The notes beneath the pieces are model-generated. The model made no database searches and had not been told where the DNA came from. It was given only the letters and a program-made list of their open reading frames with translations. A stretch of DNA of 54,499 nt, the filler included, from Sphacelaria rigidula (taxonomy: Eukaryota): NCBI GenBank assembly GCA_964200075.2. It is 5 parts of 5 records of this genome, joined end to end, with 100 filler letters (N's around TTAATTAATTAA, not from the genome) between each part and the next. Parts side by side here need not be neighbours in the genome. Positions count along the whole stretch, not along the records: positions 1 to 10,822 come from CAXNAA020005855.1; positions 10,923 to 21,743 come from CAXNAA020005856.1; 3 more parts are not named here. The stretch is one strand, 5' to 3'. Shown here piece after piece: positions 1 through 13,225 of the stretch (positions are counted from its first letter, which is position 1; every line of letters starts with the position of its first letter). Both the position numbers and the translations under genes were made by a program.

Positions 1-3000
1 TGGGGGATGCTCCCACTAAAACCCCCTCTCAACTTGGCGCCGTACACGCGCCGCCCTGCTCTCGAGAGCTTCGGCCGTAGATTCTGACCTTTTGTCTCAC
101 CGGCACACACTGCTGCAAAGACCCCACAACAGATTCAGCGATATGGAGTTGTTGTCTGTGGTTGTGATGAGATGTGGGCGAAGTTTCAGCGTCTCGCAGC
201 GCCTACAGCGCGCCTGCTGCCGTGTCTCTCGAATTGAGCCCGTCTACGGGCCTACGGGCAATACGCCAAGGCGTTTCGCACAGATTGTCACTGTCCAGCG
301 GATGTCTCATTACAGATCAACATTCGTTTCTCAGCGCAGCAGCGTCCCACGTGCACATGGCGTCGAAGCAAGTGGACGATTTTACTTCATATATGTGTCT
401 GCTGACGGGGCACGCATTTCTGGGCAGCGGGACAGTCGGTTAGAGTGCCTGTTTCCGGGTATGCCGAATTTCGGAATTCGCGTCGTTATTGCTGTCCCAC
501 AAACCGCAAGCATCGGCGCCCGAGGATCATGCTGCTTGTGATGTGCCCGACCAGTGCTCCATGTTTCACTCACTGACTCACAGTCGATGTGAATAAATCT
601 ACTTGCAAAGATGCGGACAAGATGAGGAAAAGACACTGTAGTAGTCAACCGTGGCAAGATACATCGGGTGGGGTTGCGCCGCATATGCCACGTGCGGGAA
701 CGTACTTGCGGCACATGTGCTCTCGTGGGCAACACGGCACAGGTTGAGGGATTTGCTCAAGATTTCGTGACAGCGTGACTGTGATGGTTCTGTACATGGC
801 CCTTTGGCGCGTTACGGTTGTAGTGACATCCGCAGAATCGTTCGGTGCAAACACAGGTGCTGTGCAGGTGAAAATAAGAGCAACACTGAGTGTGGGTGTG
901 TGCTGGTTTGTGCCGGAATTTTCGTCGACACACTCGAGGTTCACGATTACAAGTTTTTGTTTTACATGTTCCGCAAGCTCGCCGGCCCTTACGACTCCCT
1001 CATTGAACCCGGGGCTTTGATTGTCAGATGAAAGCGTCTAGAAGGATCAGAGAAGGAAATTGTATGTTGGGAAGTATTGAAGTCACGATTGCTGGCCCGA
1101 GTGTAGCCAACGCTCACCGCCAGGTGCTGCGATATCCCAAATAATACAACTTATCCCCGAAAAAGACTCACGAATGCTGCAATTTATGTGTGGGAGACGG
1201 GTGTGAGTAAGAGTATCGCCCCCCTCCGATATTAAGGACCACAGAAATTTGCGAACGCGGTGTTCCCTAGAATATACGCGGAAAGGGGGCATTTGTGTTG
1301 GCATGTACACTGCACACCCTCATGTGCGTCGAACATTCCAGTCCGGCCCTCTGCCGGAGCATGGGGGTGCGCTCCGATCACGTCAGGGGTGGTTCGAAAG
1401 AGCATTTGCAGTTGGAATGCATTTTTTTTTCTCCCTCTGTAAGCACCACACAGTAGATGAAGACGATATACCCTGTAGGGCACTTCCTGATAAACTCTAC
1501 CTTATTTGCTGTCTTCACCGTCGCTAGTGAGGACCTGACTCGCCAACATATCTCCACATAGCCCTCAACCCGTAGCCATGACAAAAACAACTGCGAGCTA
1601 CATCCTAAGTGGCGGCGCCAGGACGGATTCCACTCCGGCGTCGATCGATAGTTGGCTATGGCGTGCGCCTGCAACCGCACCATCGCACGAGAAAGGGCGC
1701 CCAGCAAACCGTTCGCCACTGACTCCGTCACCAAAGCTGCAATAATCTACATCCAGTACCCTAACCATCAATTGAAACACGGGTGACAAATTCGCTAAGC
1801 ATTATGGGGACAAACACAGCACGCAGTCTGGCGCCATTCTGAGCTCATGGATGTCATCAGCGACTCCACTCGGCGCCCATCCCTGCGGTCACCTGACAGG
1901 GAAGGCACTACAGACGGCAAGCACGGGACAGTGCAGACAACCGACGGAACGAGTGGGGCTCGGCTTTAATTCCTTCCTCATGGATGTTACACATGGGGAG
2001 GGTACAGACATCTCCGGTGTCTCCATCGTTGCAATAGCGAAACGACGCCGGAACTCCCCTGCAACGACTCCTTGAAACGACGCAACTGATTGTGTTCTCT
2101 GCCCCTAGGCGCAATTCGTCCTTCACTCGCATCGCCTGTGAAATACCTTAAGTTTAGTCTCCGTTGCATCATGGCGCAAGTGTCCTGTTCACAGAACCCC
2201 TCACCCTGCGACCACTCCGGATCCATCATCGTAAGCACAATATGTACGGGTGGGGAAAAGCGCACATTCGTAGTATGAGGTATCTTCAGCAAGGTGATGG
2301 GGACGATGCCTGCACTTTTGAGTGGATCCGCATAATTTCCATGACCTTCCTTTCTTTTGCGTGGCACAGGTCGCGCTGCTCCATATAGCGATAATAGTGC
2401 ATGATAGTGAACCGTGCACGCCACTTTCAAGTACAGTCAGTGCAGCAAGGTAGAAAGCAGTCCAGTACCTTACAGAACAACAGAGGGCAGTACCGTACAC
2501 CGTACTGGACGGCTTGCGACCGTTTCCACTACAGGACAGTTGAATGGATTACAGCCGAGTACTGTAAACAACACTGTCAGGCAGCACGCGACAGCGTGTT
2601 CTCTGTTGTCATCGCACATGACCCCCCACGTGATCGCGGACCACCCTAATCAGTAGAGGACAGCACATTACGATACACTCGAGTGCACCATACGACGGCA
2701 CGCGGCTCCACAAGAAAGCGTGTTGTGTACTGCCGCCCAACAGTGCACCGCACCGGAACGTGCACGGCGCTTTCCAGTACATGACGGTACACTACATGAC
2801 CCTCGAGTACAGACACGACAGCACAGCCCAGCACGCAACAGTGACCTGTGTGTTGCCATCCCATCACATACGGTACTGGACCGTGCACAACGCGTGTAAT
2901 ATATTTTGGTACAGTAACATTCGAGCACAGTACACATCATGACCGAGCGGTGCGGTGGATCATCAGCTTTTATACTGGAATTTATATGCAGTTTGCAGCC

Positions 3001-3376
3001 CCCCTTTACCACTAAACATGCTTGGAGTCAATCGCCTCCTGTGTGGTGCCCCACACCCGAATCGAGACAGACTTTTTTCAGATGGACTCTATGCGTCATA
3101 GGCTACCCTATGCATGACCTATCAACTCCTGGCGTGGCCGTCACCCGTCCGCGTACCATCACGTGACATTTCGGCCACGAGGAACCCATACAGGTGAACG
3201 CCGTCCAGCCCGGCCGACGCGGGAACTAATAACCTTCTCACCCAAAAACTGGCACCGACACTCCGCCTTGGACACAGCTTTTCGCCGGTGCCGCCTGTTA
3301 GATATGTGCTCCTTCGTGTAGGGCTGGCCACCCAGGTGAGCAGCGAGCACTTTGCGGCTGGTTATACTTTGGTTAC

Positions 3377-3549
3377 AGGCTGTCGCTACCGTGCGCTCGT
3401 GTGCATACATGTGTGTGAACATGGCTGGCATCCGAGACCATCGGGACAGAGCGGACAAGGAGCAGAACCAAATATACGAACCTCGCGAAGCCCACCAGAC
3501 TTTTCTGTTTTGTCAGTGTTCCTTCATCGATTTGTTGCAACAATAGTTG
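3377..3549. repeat. Dispersed repeat, copy 1 (direct copy at ~43950-44134)
   Basis: Shares CAGGCTGTCGCTACCGTGCGCTCGTGTGCATACA...CATCCGAG...ACGAACCTCGCGAAGC...TTTGTCAGTGTT...GCAACAATAGTT with 43950-44134. Confidence 0.8.
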
Positions 3550-3751
3550 GCAAAAAAAACATGACAATTTTTTTTTTAAATGCTCTCCGCGAGGGGCGGG
3601 GGGGAGGCTATGTGTCTAAAAACTTCTCCCGACAGATCTCTGTCCCAATCCATGCATTCCATTGTAGAGTTTCGGAAAAAATCTAAATTAATTTCAGAGT
3701 TAGAGTGGAAGAACTTCAGACGTGAAAGCTTTTGAAACTTCCAAGGTTTCG

Positions 3752-4110
3752 GGTTTGTCGTCATCCCATCTATTTTGAACGCCAGTCTACACCTTTCGGT
3801 ATATGTGGGTGTATCAGCCGGGGTCACGCAGGAGAAAGGCCAGCACAGGAGTTTTTTTTTTCCTTCTCTTGTTTCAGTACTCCACCTTCGTTCTGCGGTG
3901 CTTGCCTTGTCTTTTATCGGGAGAGGGGTTCAGGGATCTCCGTTTCCCTCGTCGAGCATAACATCGAATTGTGTGTACCCATGATATAGTCACGCTCCAC
4001 TGTCAGGCATTTGGTGAGGAAAAGTACCAGATCCTGTGACTGCAGAGATATTCGAGCCCACGACCTAACCGTCAGAAGGGTGTGAGGTTACCAACTGAAC
4101 CACCGGGGTT
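3752..4110 (-). mobile_element. tRNA-derived SINE, near full-length copy
   Basis: Minus strand shows a Pol III A-box (TGGTTCAGTTGG) and a degenerate B-box (GGCTCGAAT), then a ~300-bp body shared with 30925-31236, 34465-34795 and 52781-53305 (e.g. GTCGACGAGGG, ACATATACCGAAAGGTGTAGAC). Confidence 0.75.
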
Positions 4111-4469
4111 ACCGCGAATATCAAAGTAGACGCTGAAAAGTTCATATATAGCGGAAGCTGATGTGACGTCGCTTGGCATCGATTTTTTTGTCGCAGTGAT
4201 TGGCGGCAGGTTGCCCCGCCAAATGTGCGATCGACCAGTGCGAAAATGCATGGGTCAGCACAGCACTGACTGTACAAACAGTAACGGTTGTGGGTTGTAC
4301 CGTATCCTGCGGCATCTGACTGTACACACAGTAGCGATTCTGTGTTGTACCATACCCTGCGGCATCGTGCCGCACCGTACACTATGCTTCACTGCACTTC
4401 GACTACTTCACCTCACTACGGTGCACTACAGCGCACTGTACAGGCTGGGCCGCCCGAGACGCGGACAGG

Positions 4470-5100
4470 GACGTGAACACGCGATTTAAGAGCTCAATTT
4501 TGAGTTTATTTCTATGAAATGTTGACACGATGTACAGGAACGCCTGCACAAAGGCTACATCTTCTGGCCGCTACATATTTTTTTTCCGCGAGCTATTCAC
4601 GACTTTGTTCCGAAATAAACTATTCTGAAATGTTTGGTCGGCGATAACTCACGGAGAAAAAACGAAATGTAGAGGGCAGAAGGTGGAGTCTTTACGCATA
4701 CATCCTGTACATCGTGTCAAAAAATCATAAAAAACGACCCAAAATTGAGCTCTTAAATCGAGTGTTCGTGTCGAAGACCGGTTCCTATGTGGAGATGGAC
4801 CAGCCACGAAAAAATGAAACGCGGTTATGCTGTTCAGTTTCAAGTACTTTTCCACGAAATGTTGACACGATGCGCATGAGGTATGTTGTGAAGTTCCTAT
4901 TGTCTTCCCTTGACATTTTTTTTCAATGAGTTGTCGATGCTTGTGTACCAGGAAAAAATGTTCCGAAATTTTAATCACCGATGACTCACGAGGAAAACAA
5001 ATAAAGAGAGGGGGAAACGGTAGGGGCTTCACATATACATCGTGTATATCGTGTCAAAATTTCATCGAAAACGACTTGAAGTTGAGTAGTGACATCGCAT
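4470..5100. repeat. Two tandem foldback (long inverted-repeat) units, MITE/foldback-like family
   Basis: 4470-4570 is an imperfect reverse complement of 4675-4771 (CGATTTAAGAGCTCAATTTTG...TTGACACGATGTACAGGA / TCCTGTACATCGTGTCAA...CAAAATTGAGCTCTTAAATCG). A second, more degenerate unit lies at ~4830-5100, and the same family recurs at 19620-20160. Confidence 0.75.
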
Positions 5101-8100
5101 TTTTCTGTCTCTGTCATCGCAGTTTTCTGTCGAGAACTGGTTCACTTGCTTTTAGAGTACAATCTCAGCCGGAAATTTGACGCTTTCTACAGAGCGCGAC
5201 GCCTTGGGGCACTGGAGGTCTCGTCTACGTGCCATCTCAGACACCGCGCGCCTACAGTACATGCGTTGTTGTACAAACACAACTAGTGCAGCACCATCAC
5301 TTTGCGGCCGCGGCACAACCGACTGTAACCGTAACTGCGATTTCAGCCGTTTTTTTTCTCCTAATTCCGCTGCACACGCCACCCTCAACTCTCTACACTT
5401 CGCGGCTGACTACAGTTTGGTATTTCGTTTGATGGAATCTTGTCAGATCGCAGTGCTACGTGAAGTAAAAGACGCGCATTGATTTGCAGATTGCCACGAT
5501 GTGTCATAGTAAGCACAACTCGCGATACATCGTCAGTTAGAAGTCGGCTGAAGAAATGTCTGCTTCTTAGGCGGCCCAGCCTGTAGTCCTGCTGTGCAGC
5601 GTACAGTGCAGTACAGACAGTGCAATGCAGGTCCCTACAGTACATTGCGCCACGGTATAGTACAGCGATACCGTACAGAAAGCACGGCAGCACTTCCAAA
5701 CAGTCCAACTTTACGAATCCGCCGATGATGACGAACGTATAGCGTCAGTGCAAGCGGAAATTTCCACTTTGGCACATTTCTGCGTAACGTGGACTACTGA
5801 CCCTTGGACTGCGGTGCGGGTAGTCCATCTGAATCATGCATATTTTTTTCAAGAGGATATTGATGCCGATTCCGCAGGTGACCTACCCTCGCCGTCTAAG
5901 GGTTGATGTACTCTTACAACGTTTCAAGATAACATGGGCGGTAAAGAGGGTACGGTCGTTTGCCACGCGCCTTCTTACAAACCCAAGACTCTTCGTTTTG
6001 GACTTTCGTCACTGTCAGTCCCCATCCGGGCGATTATCATTCTTCTCTGGGTGCACAGATGCCCTCGTCGCCCGTACGTCACTTAACTTCTCAACCCTGT
6101 CGAACAGTTCAGCAAGACCTGTTCAGTTCCCACCCACAGCACGTACGAGTTTCCACTTCCCGTGGCACTCCTCCGAGTAAGTTGTTGGCCGAGCACCGAC
6201 CGTCCTAGGTAAAGTGGGACGTGCACGTTGTCGGCGGGCGCCTGTCATGTGTGCGTCGACGGCAGGACATTTGTCACGAGAAATGGACCCGTCGCACCAC
6301 TCGCTTCAGCGGAGTGACAGTATTATACTGTTGTGACCAAGGGGTGTGTCGGCCCAGGTTGCTTGAGGAGCCATGGCCCGAAATGCTGCAAACCGGCAAA
6401 ATCGCCCAAGGAGGGGCAGGTGGTGCCACGCAGGGTAATGCGTTTTTCTCTACCATCGCAGTTGTACCAAGGCATTGCCCGGAAGAATAACCGGAAGAAA
6501 TAAAAGTGATGTCTGGGCGCTGCCTGGGCTGTGTGAATCTATATTTGGCCAGGGAACAACTTTGAGGCACCAATTTGCCCCCGACAGTGATGAATAACTG
6601 ACGAGTCATGACTTGGTCCCTGGGCTGTGATGAGTTCTTATCTGACTCAAGTCTTCGGAGGGTTTCGGAAAACACTTTTCTTTTGTCAAATCAGCGTGCA
6701 AATATCTCAGGATCGGGGTGTAATTAGAAATTATTTCCCCCTCCGTCGAATGTGGTATCCACTTGACTTTTTTGGATGAGGTGCTTTTTTTATTCTGCAC
6801 TCTGATCCTGAGAGATTTTCTCTCTGAAATGACATAAAAGCGTTTTCCGAAAGTCTCTTTCGACTTGGAGACAAATGAAAGCAATTCATATTTGACTTGA
6901 AAGTACAGTGTGGGGTCTATATGACAAATGACTGGAGAAACGAAATCTTGGTATGATGGAGAAACCAGTTGTATCAATAGTACAATACAGAAAGTGCCGT
7001 ACATCGTAGGGCATCTTGCTTGATCTCATTCTGCACAACTACCTTCTGTGTCAATTGGACGATCAAAAGGCTGAGCATATTTTGAAGGGCAGTCGATGGA
7101 GTGGGCACTTTTACGACAAAACGACCCAGCAAGATGCCCTACGATTTTTGTTATGCTATACTCTGCATACCACCTGTTTATTTGACATATGACTCGTGTT
7201 TTGAGCCGTTGGTCGCGTACCTCTAACAGCTGTGAGCAGCTGTAGTTGTCCCCTGAAACATCTGTTGAGGAAGAGGCGCATGGCCCCTGGAACGGAAGTT
7301 ACAACGCCACTTGCTGTAGCCGGGGGGTGCTGTCATTACCACCTCTATATCCGACACACCCTTTCATGAGCCCAAGGCTACCCACCTTGAACGTTGCTAT
7401 TAACCGTCCCATGTCTGGGCTACGGTAGTACTTCTTATGGGTGAACAGGGCTCCCTCAGCCCCCCCGTCTGTCGCTTAATTTCTCACCCAGTTTGCTAGT
7501 CTAGTAAGAAATGTCCAGTTCCTCCACACGAGATGTCTCACCCGTCCGGTGGCACCCCTCCCAGTAAGAAGCTATTGCTCAAACACCCACCGTCCCGAGT
7601 GAAGTGAGTACCCGTTTCCCGCGGGTCCCTCTCTATCATCCCTCACTATGCAGTGTAATGTACTTGATGCACTTTACACTGCAGCGCACTGATACACTAC
7701 ACACTACCACTCTGGGCGAGAGTGTAAGCCACTTTTGGACATTTTACTTTATGACTCAATCAGCTTCCACTCTTTTTCATAACGTTGTTATCATTTGTAA
7801 GGCGTTTTCGTGGGATTGTCGAAACCGTTGGGTTCTCAAAAAGGCACACGATCACCCTCCACAGCAGCATCCGAAGCGGAAGCTTACAGAAATCTTGCGT
7901 GGCAACCTCCGGTTAGAGGCCTTCCCATATTCTGATCAACATGCCCGTTGCTAGAGGCGCTACTGAGAAGGCAACAAGAAATAGTCTGAAAGAAGGAAGA
8001 CAAGCCCTTGTGAAAATACACGCCTGAGGGCCAAAAAGGATGTCTGCAGGGGCAGACCTGCGAAAAACTCCGGGATGCCATAAATTCATCCCCTCCCAAC

Positions 8101-9091
8101 CAGGCGATTTTTCATGCCGCCCCCCACCCCCACCCCCACCCCCACCCAAAGTTTACTACTGTATCACTTCGACGGTTCTAGAACAACTGCGCACTCACTT
8201 TACGACGGGCATATCCAAATGTGATTTATGTTCCGAAGTTTCGGAATGTGGCTTATGTTCTCGCCTAGGGTGGTACACTGTGCCACTGTGTAGCAACCTC
8301 ACGCACCAAAGCCGTACGTACCTGCCACATTCACTCATTACATTTCACAACACTTTTTCCATTCTCGCCATGTCAAAATGAAACTACCAGTGTTATCTCG
8401 GAACAGTATCTTCGACTGACAGTCCAGGGGGATCGAAGGGTATCCAGTTGGAGGGGGAATGCCGAAATCGTCGGAGGAAGCTCTCAGATCAACCATAGGC
8501 GTTCCCAGGAAATTCCTAGGTCGGGGAACAGGCCTGAGGGCGTTCGTGTGATCACTGATATTTCTGTATGGTCAAAATTGTCATTCTGTTCCCCTACAGA
8601 CGTATATAGTCCCCCGTGCACACACCGCTTAACCGTTTCAGCACCCGCGACTGGCTGCGGCTCCCGTCAGTCCCGTGGAGGATGGCGATACCATAGACGA
8701 GGGAGACCCTGGCAGAATTTCGGGGCCTTAAACAAGTTCGCGTATTTTCTTTTCGACCAATCGGATCGCAGCAGCCTTCAGCTGCTATTTTTTTTCTCCA
8801 AAAAACCGGCGGAAAATCAAACCCGCAGTAGGCCGGGGGGCGTTAGAAGTGTTGAAGGCTGCGCGTCGTGCCCGAGGCGTTTTCCTCCTCGCCCCTGTAT
8901 CCCCCATCCATCTCTGTATCTTCCGGTTCGCGCAAACACCCACTCCATTGCCCTCCTCCTCGACGGCCACATGACGACCAAGACACATATTCGACACAAA
9001 AATCGAGTATTGTCAGTGAGAAAAAGAAACGTGAACTGGAACGATGGGGGAGCCACAACGGATGGATAGTCCGAATATTGAAAGAAAACAA

Positions 9092-9092
<1 letters not shown>

Positions 9093-9127
<35 letters not shown>

Positions 9128-9150
9128 ACTACTATTACTATTGTTACTAA
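9093..9150. repeat. (CTG)11 microsatellite followed by a degenerate (TTA/CTA)n tract
   Basis: Read directly from the sequence. Confidence 0.95.
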
Positions 9151-9756
9151 TAAAGTTTATACATTGCACTCTTCCAACAAAACAGAACAATTTTCGTGTG
9201 TTGTTGATATTAGCTCTATTTGTAGGAGATGACATGTTCATTTTACACGAATCGATGTCCTCCTGAAGTCTTTTGGGCGGTTGTTTCTGAAGTGCATGCA
9301 TTAACCTATCTGACAACGTCTGGGCACTTGTTTTCAACCGTCGGCGCAAATGTTTGACAAAGTTTGGCAATTGTGTTCTGAACGGATTGCAATATCTGGC
9401 ACACCCTGGACAAAATATGACCTTGCCAAAAAGTGTACTGCGTACAGTATCGCCTATGGCGTCTGTTGCAATAGACAAAATATTTCATACTGTGCACAGT
9501 ACACTTTCTGACAACCTATTGCCTAGAGTGTGATATCTTGACAGCGTTGTAGAATTTGCTCTAATGAAAACAAACGCTGTAGTCTACATCTGATTTTTCT
9601 TCTTAGATACGATTGGTCTGAAGTGAACAGATAGTGTATGTTCTGTTCTGTCGGGCGTGTAAGATAACGACAGTAACACCGTGGAGTCAACCGCACCCTA
9701 CATATTACAATGATAGGTGTCAAGCACAAGTCTCCACACACATCCCCACCATCACC

Positions 9757-10042
9757 ATGGCGCGCCTGCGGTTCGGAACGGACGCACGAGGCAAGGAGAT
9801 CCTCGAGCTCGTGCCTCCACTTCAACCAACAAAACCAACATCATCGGAACGAACGTCGTCGACGATGGACGGCGCTGCGATATGTGAAGGTGGCGAAACG
9901 TGCCCACCCAAAGGAAAACAGGCCACGGACGTCGAGCTGGCCGGGACTTCGAGCATACCGTACAAGGGCGAGAATACAATCGTCATGATGGAGTGGGAGA
10001 AACCGTATATGCGCGCCCTCGTCGACGCATTGGGCATCACAG
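9757..10042 (+). CDS. First coding exon of a GAMT/Rmt2-family class I SAM-dependent methyltransferase (partial gene)
   Basis: ATG in ACCATGG context. Translates MARLRFGTDARGKEILEL...IVMMEWEKPYMRALVDALGIT, matching the VM(M/E)xWExP(Y/L)M motif that precedes the VLEIGFG SAM-binding motif in GAMT/Rmt2 proteins. Donor AG|GTGAGA at 10042/10043 (alternative AG|GTTATT at 10062). The downstream motif-I exon was not found and may be in the gap at 10823. Confidence 0.75.
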
Positions 10043-10354
10043 GTGAGAAGAGGCCAGACCAGGTTATTGGGGTAAATACGCGAAGGTTGGGGACGGGCTA
10101 CAGAAGTGCCGTAAAGAAGCCAGCCACCCTTGGAGTTTCAACAATCCAGACTGACGGGAGGACGGGACGTACCTGCACATGCATGTGTTGTTGGATGCTG
10201 TTTTCACGATGATTCTGTATTGGGGATCGTTCGATACCCCACTACCACAATTAATACCACTACCACCACCAACAACAGCACTACCACCACCACCACCAAC
10301 GAAGTCGCCATGTTTGCTTTACTGTGTTCTCCATACCAGAACGTGTCGGTTCCT

Positions 10355-10379
10355 GTTGTTGTTGTTGTTGTCGTTGTCG

Positions 10380-10420
<41 letters not shown>
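10355..10420. repeat. (GTT)n microsatellite (~22 units), preceded by an (ACC/ACT)n tract at ~10240-10300
   Basis: Read directly from the sequence. Confidence 0.95.
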
Positions 10421-10822
10421 ATTTTGATGGCTGATGGTCGGTACTTATGAAGGAGAGAGGAGGAGATGCTCAGACGTAGCGTCGGGTTGACTGCGTTTGA
10501 GGCCAGCCGGCCGTGTTTGTCCCGAAGTGTGATCTTGCGTACGTAGAATTTGAAGCAACCCCTCGCAGATCCGAGGATTTCTCGACGACACTTGTGATTG
10601 TTCGAAGTGAACGGATGATGAAGATGTTACGTATGTGATATCGTACAGCATCGAGCAATTCGCGTCGGGATATCTATCATTGCAGGGTACAGTGAAGTTG
10701 TTCAACTTATTAGCCCCCCCCCCTCCGCATGAGTACACCCCCTCCGGCCGCTCCGTCTCGAAAGGGATGCGTGGTTAATGGTCACACGACTAAGGCAAGC
10801 AACAAATGACTACGCCCCCCCT

Positions 10823-10922
10823 NNNNNNNNNNNNNNNNNNNNNNNNNNNNNNNNNNNNNNNNNNNNTTAATTAATTAANNNNNNNNNNNNNNNNNNNNNN
10901 NNNNNNNNNNNNNNNNNNNNNN
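10823..10922. other. Assembly gap with artificial N-TTAATTAATTAA-N linker
   Basis: 100-bp block of Ns containing TTAATTAATTAA (stop in all six frames); identical design at four places. Confidence 0.97.
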
Positions 10923-12526
10923 ACCACGTGTACTTTTTCCAAGTGAACATTGATACTGATTCAGCAGGTGACCTACTCTCGCGGTCTCCCGCGGAGTTTG
11001 GGGGGGGGAAGATGTTTTCGCTCTGTGTTACTCTGTCGTATCTTCCCTGCAATGGAGAAATGGGACCTCAACCTCATTTTATGTTTCAACCCCAAAAATT
11101 AGGATCGGCTGTTACTAGCTTATTTCCTTCCACGTCTCTTGCAACACGTGTACGACAGTTGAAAGGGAGAACAGTGTGTATTCGCGGCATGGGTCCTTTT
11201 GCTCCCCAAACAGACCTGGCTAGCCACCGAAACACGTTGCCAGCATTTTGTATTCTTGTTTTTGGCCGTTGCACGAGAAAATATATATGATTTGCCCATC
11301 GTCGGGTGTAAAAATGCAACCACTGAAGAGGTAGATAGCGGCAGGTGTCAGGTACACGTTCGTCCCACCACATGAAACAACAGAAGTGCCTCCGAGGCAA
11401 AGAGCACGAGCAGCAGCAGCAGCAAAATAAAGCACAAAAATTAGGTTACCTTTCACCGTACGAGGGTCCCGGAGTGCACCGCGCGGTCAAATCTATGGTT
11501 CGATCACCTCAATCATTTCGCACCGTGTCGCCATAGCCGATACGTGCGGCCTGGTGACGAGCGTTTACAGGACGGATTGACACAAAGATCAATACTCGGG
11601 AGCTTTTGCTCAATCACGCTGAAATTTGATGTGCGCACGTTGGAGATACCAAGGCAAGAAACAACGATACCTATGTTTCAACACCCAACTGGCCATCGTT
11701 CGAAAGTTATGCTAAAATCAAATACTTGCGGGAATCTCTGCACTAGTGTATACTATATGGGGTTAGAGTGATGCTACGGTAGGGGTGCACAAATATCTTC
11801 TGGGGTTAGCATTGTTACGAGCCCATCATCTCATCCAAAACACGACTTATGAAAATATGTGAGAGAACGCCAGGGTTACTATTCCAATGTGCTGGGGATA
11901 TTCCGTATGGATTCGCAAACGGGGATGCCCTGGCCCACATTCTTATGCATCTAAAATCGTCAGGAGCCCCTGAACCCGACAAAATTTCGCGCAAAAATTG
12001 CACACCTACCGTGGCATTGCTCATTTTTAATCCCTGATTACACGTATGTGTCTTGCATTCCGCACTCGAGGTGTGAGATGGACCCGAAATTACGAGGAGA
12101 AATTACGAGGAGAGGGGTATATCGACAATTTGAAGGTCATCATTATGTGAGTACAAGGGAGGATCTCCGTACTAGAACACCGAACACCTTCATGCGGCAG
12201 GTAGCGTCCCCCCGCATGTAGCTTAAAATGTTCATGGACAAGATGTGTCGTCACCTTCGGTCATCGTCCATTGCCGTGATCGGGGTGTTGCCATACCCCG
12301 CACATGAGCGAGGGCGACCCGTAGCCCACCGTCGTTCAATCTACTCGCCTCCAGTCCTGCTCACTAGAGGCCTTATCTAGCTCCACACGCACATCACATG
12401 TTGTATACCGAACACATGCATAGCTTCGTCGTCCCGGTGGCTCATCGTCCGAAACCCACCTGGTCATTGTTCCGACCTTCCAGGGGGCCATCCTTACTCT
12501 AATGTATTTTCTTATATTTTGTTCAG

Positions 12527-12610
12527 GACGTGAGGGCGTTTCTTTTCTCGGAAACTCAAACAGACCTCACTCCCCTCGTTTCCCTCAAAACCCCGAAGAC
12601 CAAAGAGTAA
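12527..12610 (+). CDS. Candidate terminal exon (DVRAFLFSETQTDLTPLVSLKTPKTKE*), possibly of the methyltransferase gene
   Basis: Strong pyrimidine tract and acceptor (TATTTTCTTATATTTTGTTCAG|), 28 open codons to TAA, lies ~600 bp from the convergent Psf1 stop. Assignment to the gene is inference. Confidence 0.35.
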   Translation, partial: DVRAFLFSETQTDLTPLVSLKTPKTKE

Positions 12611-13225
12611 TCATCACCTCTACATGATCCATCCGCACATCTAAAAAATTCGAGTCCTACTTCCCAAACCTCGGATGAGTTATCCATGAAAACATCTTCG
12701 CGTTTCGAGTTGTTTGACCAGGTTGTATTTTACTGTGCACAATGTTTGAGGGTCGGTGAATATGTGTGTGTGCGTCGCGGAAGATTACTCTAGCAAATGT
12801 CGTCATTCTGGCCCAACCCGGCCCGCCAAGAGCACTGTGTTTTACGTGCTGCGATGATGAGGTTAGCGTAATTTCTCGTGGAAGGGTGCATTTTTCCCAT
12901 GAGCAATCTGTTCTCAGTTGTCTCGAGAGAGCCCATGGCAGAGAGGATTCATCCCATGTCTCATAGCGGGCGCTGTACCGCCATCGATTTACGTGTATCT
13001 CAACGCGGCAACCCAGCGGCGCACGAACACTCCAGGATACCATTCAACTGCCCCGGTCAGCAGGTGTGCCCGGAATCGTGATAAAGGTACGGTTCAGTCG
13101 CGTTGCACGCCATCTTGGTACCGGTCGGTTTCTGCCGCGAAGGCGACTTTATGCACGAGACGCACCGAACGGTCTTAGACGCGTCTTTCAAACCAGCAGA
13201 GCAGGACCTCCGGCCCATTGATCAA

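Noticed and set aside
1..2430. Many overlapping 60-150 aa ORFs (also 5.8-7.0 kb and 36.3-40.3 kb)
   Set aside because: No recognisable domain, frequent stops and no consistent splice pattern; probably old TE or intergenic DNA that cannot be called without a search.
10240..10420. Possible hairpin between the (ACC)n and (GTT)n tracts
   Set aside because: Roughly one base in three would mismatch; low-complexity coincidence.
8868..10450. Poly-Leu, poly-Ala, poly-Val and poly-Thr ORFs that look like membrane proteins
   Set aside because: Translations of CTG, GTT and ACC microsatellites.
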